From: Epiperipatus broadwayi | Lineage: Eukaryota; Animalia; Onychophora | DNA length: 64,000 nt | Direction of reading: 5' to 3' | Assembly: GCA_028023455.1 (NCBI GenBank) | Contig: JAQFVV010000005.1 | Location: 11,036,001-11,100,000 of the forward strand | Shown here: positions 13,650 through 24,871 of the stretch, in pieces | Layout: the number at the start of each line of letters is the position of its first letter | How positions within the stretch are numbered: the first letter of the stretch is position 1 | Translations under genes and position numbers: made by a program | The notes under the pieces: generated by a model | Databases searched by the model: none | What the model was told of the DNA's origin: nothing | Seen by the model: only the letters and a program-made list of their open reading frames with translations

Positions 13650-13734
13650 GGCAGGATGGCACAGTTGGTTAGGGCATTATCTTAAAATTCAATACTCAAA
13701 GAATGTAAGAGTCCAGGTTTAATTCCCATGTTAG
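13650..13734 (+). other. tRNA-Leu(TAA)-like Pol III head inside the PLE pseudo-LTR (mirror copy 13097-13181, minus)
   Basis: A-box TGGCACAGTTGG at 13657, CTTAAAA anticodon-like loop, long variable arm, B-box GGTTTAATTCC at 13716 (GGTTCAATTCCC in the left arm). Does not fold as a complete tRNA. Confidence 0.55.
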
Positions 13735-16700
13735 TACTGTCACTGGTCAGGCCAGCAACACCAGAAGAAGAGGGGAGAATAATACCTCTCAAAACATTGT
13801 GCATATACCTGTTTGATGTGCTATTATTAACAGTTGAATGTATTCGGAATATTTAAATAAAGTTAATTTTTTCTAAAGATATTTAATACTCATATTGGAT
13901 GATGGAAATAGTCCAACATGTAAATATAACTTTTCAGATATTTCAAATTATATATTATAAAAAAAACACAGACTGTAAAACTTTAATATTACTAGAGATT
14001 TTTTGATCCACTATATTAGACACACCACTTTCTCAATGTTCATATTTGTATAATTGATAGCATTTTGCAATATCAATTTACTCTTCTTTTAAATAAAATA
14101 ATTCTTTGCATCAAATTCCATTATTTTTTAATGGCAGCTTGTGACTTTGATATATTAAAGTAATACTTCAGAAAGTCCTTAACTCATTCAATTAATGTAT
14201 TTCACGTGATTTTGAGTAATCTGAAAATTGTGTGTATTAGTTGTTATTATAGTTAAAACCTGTTAATAATGCATATATTATTTAGAACAGTATGTTTCTA
14301 CTACAAAAATTTAAATTAATAGATATTTATTTTATAATTTTGTAATTAATGAATGAAAAAAAGATATTTATTTAACTTTTCATTTTTTTTATAGATAAAT
14401 TGAATTACTACTTAACTTTGAGTACTATGAAAAACAAAATCTTTTCCTGAATACCATAAAACACTTTGTGTAAATGGAAGCCTCTGAAGTTACTCTTCAC
14501 AATTTTTTATTTATTTATAATATCTCATAATTTAATAAAAATCTTTCCCCATAACATTTTATCATTGTGTAGCCACTGACCAAAAATTGGCTCAATCTAT
14601 GAGCAGTGAGATCAAAAAGTACAATCACTGGAAAGTTAAATGTGAAACTATGAAGTATATAGTTTCACCAAATTTATTTTTTAAAATCTGTTGGTATTGA
14701 AATGGAAAATGAGAATACTATTGTGGGAATTATTAATAAAATTGTCATCATGCTATAGTTTCTTAAAATTCACAAAACTTTACTAAATATATATTTACAT
14801 TTTAAAAGCTGAAGATAATACAGTTACAAACAGGCTAATAGCACACCGTCCCTAATCTTTGTTGATATTAGACGTGATTTTTATTTATATTTTTTATGTA
14901 TGTCTACTTACAGAAATGGTCAAGTGATGTTTAAGCACAATAACTGATAGAATATTTTTTATTAATTAATTAAAATTATGTAGTGTATATTTTTGTGTAA
15001 ATCAATCCAGATGAACTATAGCCTTGATCTGCCAACTTACCACTATGTCCAATGTAAGCAGAAATAGTAATAGTAACAACAACAATAACAATACATAGTC
15101 TTTGATTAACACATTGCATGGTAAAGGCTTCTTTATTAATCCCTCACAAAAAATCAGTGAAAAAGGCAGTTCTTAAACTTTCTGAAAGCCAGTAGTAAGA
15201 GCTTGAGCATTTTTTCCTTTTTCTTTTCCCCTCTATCCTTGAATGGATAGATACCCATTTATTGATCAATACTTTGGTTAGTTATGTTGTTGGTTATGGG
15301 CAGATATCTGACAAAGGAATTCCAAATCTGTTTAAAAAATTTTCAAGTTTGCTTGATCCAAATTAAAGAAGATGCTCGCCATGCCAAATAACAATAAACT
15401 GTATTAAATTTTGTTTTCAAGAATAAATTTCTCCTTTTAATAAAAAAAAAAAAAACTTATGTGGCTCAATTCATGCTCAAAAACCAAATTTTAATTAACT
15501 CAATTCCTTAAAAATAAAGCAAATATATGTGCACATATGTTTAGCTTCAATACACATGTATTAAATTTTATATTCATTATTCTTTTTTGTGAGTGGGTAT
15601 TACCATGTAAAAATATTTTTATTCACACCACTAGGCATATTTTTTTATTTATTCTAATTTTAAATTTAGTTTTATAAAAACTGACTTTAATAGATTAATA
15701 TTTTTGCACCCATATCTTGATTAGTACTTTGGAGATTCAGTCCCTCAAAATTTATACAATACACACATGCAAAATACATTGTTATAAAATTGTACTTTAT
15801 AAAAAATTAAAAATATATTGCTGGAAAAGTTACGTTGTTCACAATTAAAACCATTAATGTTCCATTTCCATCTATTTCTACTCATCCATTTCTTACTACA
15901 AACGGCTCCTCGGATATAAATATCCAATTTAGAAAAAATCTGTTTATTCCAGAGCCTCAGCAATATGGATTAAACTATTTAAACTCATATTATATTGCTT
16001 GAAGCCTTTTCTCTTAAGGACAAATATATTGTCTATTATCCTATGCCATTTCTAATATCTTATTAATTCTCTAACCTTTTTGTACACTTTTATTTAAATT
16101 ATTGGGGTTTTTTGTATATCAAAGCAAACCTATAACTTTTACCCACTTGTCAATTTCCAATCTAGTTGAAATTTGGTGTATAAATGTATTCACAATAACA
16201 TGCTTTTAGAATTTAAAAATCATTTTAGCAAAAAAAAAAAAGGATAAAAAATTTAAATTTTGAAATTTATATGGTTCAAAACTTTTTATGATACCACCAT
16301 CTAATAGTATAAAATTGTATCTAAAGCTTCTTAAAAAAAAAATTCCAACTATATAAAACTAAAAATTAGAAAAGAAAAAGATGTTGATTGTTCACATCAA
16401 TGCTTTAAAAAAATAACAAATAAATTTTCTTCAGATTTTACAAATAAAAGTGTGAGCTAATCATATTTAGAATTTCAAAGAATTATTTAAATGACTTTGC
16501 AACTAACTACTACTTCGAAGTTTGGCATTAATATAAGAAAGTGGGGGTAATTGTTTGGGAATCCGATTCGTAAATTTTCAAATGATGGTCCCAATCTTTT
16601 ATTTATGAAAGATGAAAAACTGTTTTTTTAACTTTTTAATGTATTTATATGAATAAAAACATGTTTTAAATGACTTGTAGCTTTTAAAAATACAACTGGA

Positions 16701-16762
16701 ACTGTATTTTTGTCAGTCCATTTTTACCTCTTCCTTCATTAAAACAGGCAAAACTCACTATA

Positions 16763-18190
16763 CGTTGTGACAGAATGGGTTCGAACCCAATCACAACTAA
16801 TATCATAGGTGACGGTCATTACACATATATGCAGATGGTATATAGTTAATTTATTACACGGTGGTGGCTACATAAATACCCAGAATGAGGGGAGGGAGGT
16901 GCTCTGTCATTTTGAAACGATATATATGTGTGCGCGACAAATGTGTGTATAAATGGGTTTGATGGTTGAAGAGATAAAAAAAAGAGGTTTTATTTCATGT
17001 TATAAAAACCTAGAAATTTCCAGCAGAAATGAATTTTTGCTTTCTTTTGTTTACTAGAAAAGCAGATGATAAAAGCTTTCACACCTCAACTAAAATCTGG
17101 TTAGGCAGCAATTGGAAACAGAAAGTGAGATCGAGAGAACCTTCTAGAATGAATGGTGGGAACTATAAAAGCCCCTGCAGAGCTTGAATCTTTGACAGTG
17201 CAATAGTTAATTCAATTTCAAAAAGTGTAAATTTTAAATTTACCTAATGGCGGTCGAAAAGGAAATGTTGGGGTAAAAGCCTAATGTATCGGACTCGAAC
17301 CCCTAATTCCCACAAACTGCAGCTGCTACATTCAACGATAACAAGATGCCTCTGGATTAAAACAACTACCAATGTCGGAAACACAAAGCAGAGCCTCATC
17401 AAATGGAGGCCATATGAGAAAGCAAAGAACAAGAAACCTCGCAATGAATTCTATATTTAATTACCTGCGATGAGTGGAACTATGAGAAGTAAACAAAAAT
17501 ATTCTTCCACAAATTCCCCAGGGATGTGCAGGTAAAGATTTTTTGTCTTGATTTTAAAAAACAATTATTAACCGATTCCTTAAGTGCGCATGAGAATCCA
17601 ACTAACAAATAAAAGAAAACTTTTGTTAAATTCTTACTTGCGGACATTAATATTGACATCACGTGGGAAATCTCTATCGTCCTTCGCTACCTGACTTATT
17701 TATAATAGTAAATATTGGACAGAATGCTGCATGCGTGTGAATCAAAAATGGCAGAGTTCTAATTATAGTTATGTTCAAAGATTAAGGGTTAAATTATTTG
17801 TTTTTCTTATATGATCAAAAGAATAATAATTGTCTTTTGAAATAGCTTAAATAAAATTTGATTTGATAATGAAACCATATATAAAGTCTTGTGATATTTC
17901 TTGATGTGTATTTTATGTTGTTTTAAAACTCATACTCTCATCCGTGTCTGCTCTTGGCCGTGATGCCACCCGACCTGAGTTTGAGCTAGTCGATGGTCAA
18001 AACTCTCTCACATTTTTTAAGACTGGATATCGTTGGTCATATATTCTCTTCATGTAATTCTTATATTCATATAAGATTGGGACTTGGAATCATATGGATG
18101 ATCATAAATACGCGTCGGAAATCTATTACAGATACTGAGAACGAATTCATGACGTTCTTATCAATAGTGAGGAGGGGTTTTGTTACAACA
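16763..18190. mobile_element. Probable solo LTR (about 1.43 kb) nested in retrozyme A3
   Basis: Ends (C)GTTGTGACA...TGTTACAACA (short terminal inverted repeat, TG..CA-like with one mutation), flanks TATA/TATT, no coding signal recognised, TATAAAA at about 17164. Confidence 0.55.
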
Positions 18191-18567
18191 TATTGCCACT
18201 CACAACAAGCTAGAGTAATCAATGGATGCTAGAAGGCTTTAAGTACAAAACTACGAGTCTTAAATTGAAAACACCTTAATATTTTCAATCCAAGCTCATT
18301 AGCTTATATAGTCATATAAGTCTGAACTCAGTTCAGTAGCTATATATTTTGGTGTCTTTGGTTTGTTAATAACTATAGCCACCACTATCCTATTAGGCAG
18401 GATTGGTTTTAAGCCAATAAACATTACATGATCACCATTTTTTAGCTTGCTTATAACTGTTATTAAAACAGGCAAAACTCACTATACATATTGCCACTCA
18501 CAGCAAGCTAGAGAATCAATGGATGCCAGAAAGCTTTGTGCATAAAATCCCCATCTAGTGCCTACCC

Positions 18568-18615
18568 ATCCAATATCCCTAGACGAGTTTCTGGCTTGTG
18601 GCCTTCATCAATGAG
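18568..18615 (-). ncRNA. Hammerhead ribozyme remnant (family A), truncated at the inversion junction
   Basis: Minus strand: CTCA TTGATGA A GGC-CACAA-GCC A GAAA CTCG TC TAGGGA; C3 mutated to T. Confidence 0.7.
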
Positions 18616-18863
18616 TGATCATGTGATATTTATTGGCTTAAAACCAATCCTGCCTAATAGGATGATAGTTATGGTTATTAAAGAACCAATGACACCAAAA
18701 GATATAGTTACTGAACTGAGTTCAGACCTATGACTATATAAGCTAATGAGCTTGAATTGAAAATATTAAGCTGTTTTCAATTTAAGACTCATAGTTTTGT
18801 AGTTGAGATAAAAGATAGCTGCTGGAGGGTTGCATTGGATCCTAAGATCTAGGTGGTGCTCAG

Positions 18864-18922
18864 ATCCAAGGCTCCTCACTGACAAAGACCACAAGCCAGA
18901 AACTAGTCTGGGGATATTGGAT
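18864..18922 (+). ncRNA. Hammerhead ribozyme copy with core mutation (family A)
   Basis: ATCCAA GGC TCCTCA CTGACAA AGACCACAAGCCA GAAA CTAG TC TGGGGA TA TTGGAT. G8 to A is probably inactivating. Confidence 0.75.
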
Positions 18923-19639
18923 GAGCAGGCACTAGATGGGGATTTTATACACAAGCTTTCTGGCATCCATTGATTACTTTAGCTTGCTGTGAGTGGCAAT
19001 ATATATAATCAGTTTTGCCTGCTTTAGTTAAATTATAAGCAAGCATAAGAAATGGTGATCATATGTTTATTGGCTCATCCTTCATTATTAGCAAATCTAT
19101 TTCATCCACCTTTTAACATAGATAATGGCCTATTACTTTTGTGATGCAAATCACTGCCTATTACAATGCAATGACTTTCTTGAAAAATAATTTAATTATT
19201 GTTCATTCCAGAAAGTTTTTTATCCAAAATATTTTATTCATTATATATTAAACCAAACCTATTTCCTAATTATTGTTATCTCCCTACATTCCTCTTCTAA
19301 TCATTCTCTTCTAGCTTTGTTTCATGTCTCAGTTTAGTTCCATTGATTTTTTTTTGCCTTTTATAGATTTCATTATGAATTTAAAGCTTTATTTTTTATT
19401 TCATAACCCAATCTGTACAGCATTATCTTGATGAATTATACTGTTATTTTTATTTTACTTTATCAATCATTCTAATACAATATTTAATCTTGGTTTATCC
19501 AAAAACATTTGAGAATTTTCTTCTATATATCTGCTTTGATTTATCAAAATCCTCTTTTTAACTCTTATTTTTCTGAAAGATCTTAATTCTAACACCACCA
19601 AACATGATTCAATAAAATGCAATATTGTATAGCATTACA

Positions 19640-21330
19640 TTGTTGCATAGATGAGTATGTTGATAGTTTTTTTTTTCTGGTAATAATGTATTGTAACTAT
19701 AAAAAATTCAATAGCAATTTAAATAGTTATAATACAAAGCAGCATGCAAAAAAAAATTCTTTAATAAAAAACTTGTCACCATAATTAAGTAATAAATATA
19801 TAAACTACTTTAAAAAAATTAAAAGAAAAGTTAGTTGCATTTGAATATAATTTTAAGCATTTTATAAAGTTACTTTGTAATGACTGAGTAACAATAAAAT
19901 GGTAAATTGCTATGTAAAAATATATATATATAATACATGAAAGAATTTTAATTATGTAGTTTCTAAAAATCTAAAGCATTTTGAATTTTTTTTAGATTGC
20001 CTTTTTTGAATTGAGTTTTAAATAAAATCTTCCATGTTTTTATAATAAATTTGATGGCAATACTATACATGATAGTAAAATTTGGGGGTTGATAATACTT
20101 TAAAAATTATTATTTAAAGTTTAATGTTAGCAACAATTTTTTTTTCTTCCTATCCTTGACTAATGTAAAATGAGAGAGAAAAAAAACTTTTTTTCTTTCA
20201 TTTATTTATGTATCAAATCATATAATATCTGTCAATTTGTTTCCAAAACATGTTGTAAAGGAAATACAAAAAATATTTTCCAAAAAACATGTTATTATAA
20301 GGAAGCAGAAGTGAAGATCTTTACTAGTTGCTGTACACATTTGGAAAACATGTTGTTGAATAACATCAAATAGGTACAAATAGGTCTGAAACAAGAAATA
20401 ATGCATTCCAGTCAAATCTACTTTATCTCAAGAAGCAATGTGGCATTGATTCCATGCTTAGAAAAAAAATCATTGTTTAAAACTGATTTGCACTTTAAAT
20501 TGAACAGCCATATCTTGCTGATGAGTTTACAGTATTTTTTTCATTACTCCAGTTATAGTAGAAAATATTTTTATCTAGCAAAATTCATGTACAGCTAAAT
20601 AACCAAAAATGACAGCAGCCAAAATACCTGGAAAATGCGGTCAGATCCAAAAACTAACAATGAAGTTTGCCAAAACCAGCCAGTGGCTGTCTTAATAATG
20701 TCATGAAGAAAGAAATGAACAGTGCCATAATAACTACCCAAAACCTACTGACACTATTTCCTACATAACATTACCAATACTGCTGAATTTCATCTTTAAC
20801 ATCATCAGTGCCCAATAAGAAAAATTATCATCTTTGAAGAAATTAATGAAGACAACCATAAATATATTAAAAGAATATTTATGAAATATTGTTTGGAACT
20901 GTGTAAATATTTCACATGGTAAGATCATTACCATTCTATTTCATCTTTTGTCTATGCATTAGTAGTTGCATGTGTTTTTATTTATGCATTGTTAATAAAT
21001 ATTTGTTTATTAATCCATTTAGTTTGTTTGCTTCTCAAACTTATTCTAAACATAATGCTTTTAAGCACCCAATATACTTGTAATATCCACAATCCTGAGA
21101 AATCATGCATTCCACTAAAGAACATGCAAGGATGGAAATAATTTGAAAATGATGATCAGGCATTAATAAGATTTCTAAAAGTAAACCTTCTAGTTAGAAG
21201 GTTTGTAGCCTGAGAGATTTTTTTTTAATTTTATTCAAAATAAAAAAAACAAGATACTTTGGGAATATTTGTATTTATTTGTCATTATTTGGTTAAAATT
21301 ATATATATTTGAATTGAAACTTTTGTTAAA
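19640..21330. repeat. Segmental duplication Z, copy 1 (direct paralog about 22600-24330)
   Basis: Colinear diverged match at about 2.9 kb offset, e.g. CACAATCCTGAGAAATCATGCA at about 21088 and about 24082. Confidence 0.85.
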
Positions 21331-22599
21331 ATTTTTTTTTATTAATCATCCAACTAAATGTTTATAGTGAATCATGATTTACAATACACATTTAATATAT
21401 CTTTCTTCCTGATACAACTCATTTACCACTGAATATTTACCATCACATATTTTGATTGTATTAGAGTAAAAGATGACTGAAGATTCCAACTCTTTAAATG
21501 GTGGTGAAAGAGAAGATACTCTGGTAACAGTGATTATCATTCCAGAAGTTATCTAAGCCCAAGAAAATGAGGTCCTCCAGATAAATCTGAGAGAATTCAC
21601 TATATCCGAACTAGTACAGGAATAGAAAAAGATAGGAATAGGCCCAGAAAAGAAAGACTGGAACATGAAAACATTAGCAGTGACCCAGATTATACAAGGT
21701 ATCTCAAATAACTAGGATGAGAATTCCACCCCCCTGCAAAAGTTTCTTAATAAATGTAAAACTTGGTGTAAAAAAAATAAAGACTGACTAATTCCTAATG
21801 TGTCTAACTCTGTTTAAAAGAAAAATGTTTTAAGAAATGAAATTGTTTTAAATGTTAAAATATGACAATACCAAAAGTGACATTAAAATTTTAAAAAAAT
21901 AAATTATCATCTTTCTAAAAAAACATATCTTTTATGAATACTGATATAAAAAAATAGTAATGCCATGATAAATAAACAGCTATGAAAGTTGTGTCTTGAA
22001 TGGATAAATTTATTTGTGCAAAAAATACTATTATTAGAGTCTAGATATATTGGCATTTGACCAGAAATGTGAGACATTATGTTTACATGATATTTTGAAG
22101 TGTATTTTTTCTCAGATGTTTTTGCAATATTTTTTTTCAATGGTTCACTCACCCATCTGTAAGGTTCAAAGTAATCAGGGTGCAGTTTGACTGTGCTAAA
22201 TTTATCAGCCTCTAAGATTCAAAAGGAAATAAGACTTTATTTTCAAATGTTATATTCATCAATCTCTATGACTCCAAAAAAACAAGGCTTATGTATGACT
22301 TTTGATATGCTGTGGGTAGCTTAACAGAAGCCAAATTATGATAATCCTTCTTGTTTCCACACTTGATGATAGAATTTAATGTCGTATGATGGAATTTTAA
22401 TAGAGCCTAGAGTTAAAATACTATTTATTCCTTATACTGTTTAACATCAAGCAAACATCTGAGCAGTAAAATCATGGATATATGTATTCTGTAAAACATT
22501 ATTTATGAAAATGAAATAAAAAAAGAATTAAACAAATGAATAAAAGTTAAGTTTTGTAGTAAGCATACAAATGAGAAATGAAGTTACATTGTCCCATTT

Positions 22600-24330
22600 T
22601 AAAGGGAGAGGGTATTTATAACTATAACAAAGCTATACAAAAAAATTGCTTAATAAAAAATGCATCACCAAAATTGTCTAATAAATCTATAAACTGTCTA
22701 AAAAAATTAAAGGAAAAGTTAATTGCATTTAATCATATTATTGAATATTTTAGTTACTTTGTAATGATTGAGTAACAAAATGATAAATTGCAATATAAAG
22801 TAGGAAAGAAAAATAATTTGAAACATAAAACAATTTTAATTATAGTTTCTAAAAATCTAAAGCATTTTGACCTCTTTTAGTTGCCTTTTTTGAATTCAGT
22901 TTTAAATAAAAACTTCCACCTTTATAGTAAATTTGATGGCAAAACTAAATACGATATTAAAATTTTGGAGTTCATATTTTAAAAATTATCATTTAAAGTT
23001 TAAATGTTGGTAATAATTTTTTTCTTTTTCCTATCATTAATTAATGTAAATTGAGAGAGAAAAAAAAATAATTTTTATTTTTCATTTATTTTCTGTATCA
23101 GATCATGATATAATATCTGTAAATTTGTTTCCATAACATGTGAAAATTAAAAAAAAAAATTTCCAAATAATGTGTAAAAATGCAGAATCAGATCATCACT
23201 AGCTGGTGATGTATATGTTGTTTGGCAAGCATGTTGTTGAACAACATCAAATAAGTAAAAACAGGCTCAAACAAGCAACTAAACATTCCATTTTGGTCTA
23301 CTCCAGGCAATCTAGTTTAGTTTAGTTATTTGAATACATCTTAAGAAACAGTGTGGCAGTGATTCCATGCCAAGCAAAAAAATCACAAATTAAAATTGTT
23401 TTACTCCCATTATAATAGCAAGTATCATGATTTTATCTAAAGAAAAGTATCTATTATGTATGACAAGTCAAAAACCACACCAATCAAAATACCTGAAAAA
23501 TGAAGTCAGATTCAGAAATTGATACTGAAATTTGCCAAAACCAGATAGTGCCTGTCTTGATAATGCCATGAAAAAAGAAATGGGCAGTGCTGTAAGAACT
23601 AACCAAGAATTTCTGACATTATACCCTATGTAATGTAACCAATACTGTTGAATTTTCTCTCTTAACATTGCAAGTACCCAAGGAGAACTAACATCTTTGG
23701 TAAAATTAATGAAGGCATCCATAAATATATTAAAAGACCAATATCTATAGAAAATCACTGTTTGGATCTGTGTAAATATTTCTTATGATAAGATCTTACT
23801 ATTATAAATATTATAGGTTTTAACCTTAAATTAAAAATAACAATATTTCATTAGAAGTATACTCTTATTCTTCTCCTTTACTTTCTTTGCATTTCTTCAT
23901 ATATTCATATGTCATTATATTTCATAATTTCTATATGCATTAATAGTTACTAGTATATATGTAACAGTTTCATTTATGCAATATTAATAAATTATGCTAT
24001 TTATTATTAATCCATTTAGTTTGTGTTCACTTCTCAAACTTATTGCACACATAATGTTTTGAACATCTAATATTCTTATATCACAATCCTGAGAAATCAT
24101 GCAGTCCATTGGGGGACATGCAGAGATGGTAATAATTTATATCTTACGATATAATCAGGCATTAATAAGAATTTCCAAAAGTAAACGTTCTAGATAGAAG
24201 GTTTGGCATCTGAGTTTTAAAATTTTATTTTATCAAAACTGAAAAAACAAATACGATACTTTTGGGAATACTTGTACTTAGATTATAAGTCATCAATATC
24301 ATATGGTTAATATTTTTAAATATATATTTG
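22600..24330. repeat. Segmental duplication Z, copy 2
   Basis: See copy 1; boundaries approximate. Confidence 0.85.
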
Positions 24331-24556
24331 AAATGAAACATTATTTGAACTTAATTAACCATTCAACTTTCATCCAATATAAATGTTTAATTTTAATCAG
24401 GATTTATGCTACATATTTAATATATTTTTGTACATCTTTGTTTCATGGTTCAAACACTGTTACTGTTGCATATTTACCATTACAACATGAATATATATTT
24501 AAATTTTAAATTATCCAAATATGTAATCTATTTTTATATATCGAATACATATATAT

Positions 24557-24871
24557 TGTAACCGTCGGAATTGTCGAATGCTGTATTCCCTTTCAATTGA
24601 AGAAAGAAAGGCCCAAAACGTTGGTGCCAATTTGTAACTGACTGAATTGATGGATGAAGGTGATGGTTAGGATGATCAATCTGATCTGATAAAAAAATCT
24701 AAAAATCCAATATAAATTAATCTGGTCTAGCTCAATCGGGTCGCCATTATATAATAAACCATCACAAAGCACAAATAATCTCTTTTAAAGTTTCATTTAC
24801 CTAAGCTATATGTAAAATGAAGAGATATGCGACCATCTGCTCCAGACATCAACAAATCCGTCACAATTACA
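24557..24871. mobile_element. Probable solo LTR (315 bp)
   Basis: TGTAAC...TTACA termini, 4-bp TSD ATAT (24553-24556 and 24872-24875), internal AATAAA, higher GC than the flanks. Confidence 0.6.

Larger units (their letters stand above)
12939..13928 (+). mobile_element. 5'-truncated Penelope-like element: GIY-YIG C-terminus flanked by inverted pseudo-LTR arms
   Basis: About 12939-13246 is an inverted copy of about 13585-13928. The spacer encodes a PLE-type endonuclease end. Confidence 0.8.
16742..19073. mobile_element. Family A retrozyme-like insertion A3 (tandem plus inverted arms; 14-bp TSD; nested solo LTR)
   Basis: TSD CTC(T/A)TCCTTCATTA at 16728-16741 and 19074-19087. Unit sequence ...CTCACTATA is interrupted at 16763 and resumes at 18191. 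Inversion junction at about 18615; inverted arm 18616-19073 is about one full unit. Confidence 0.85.
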
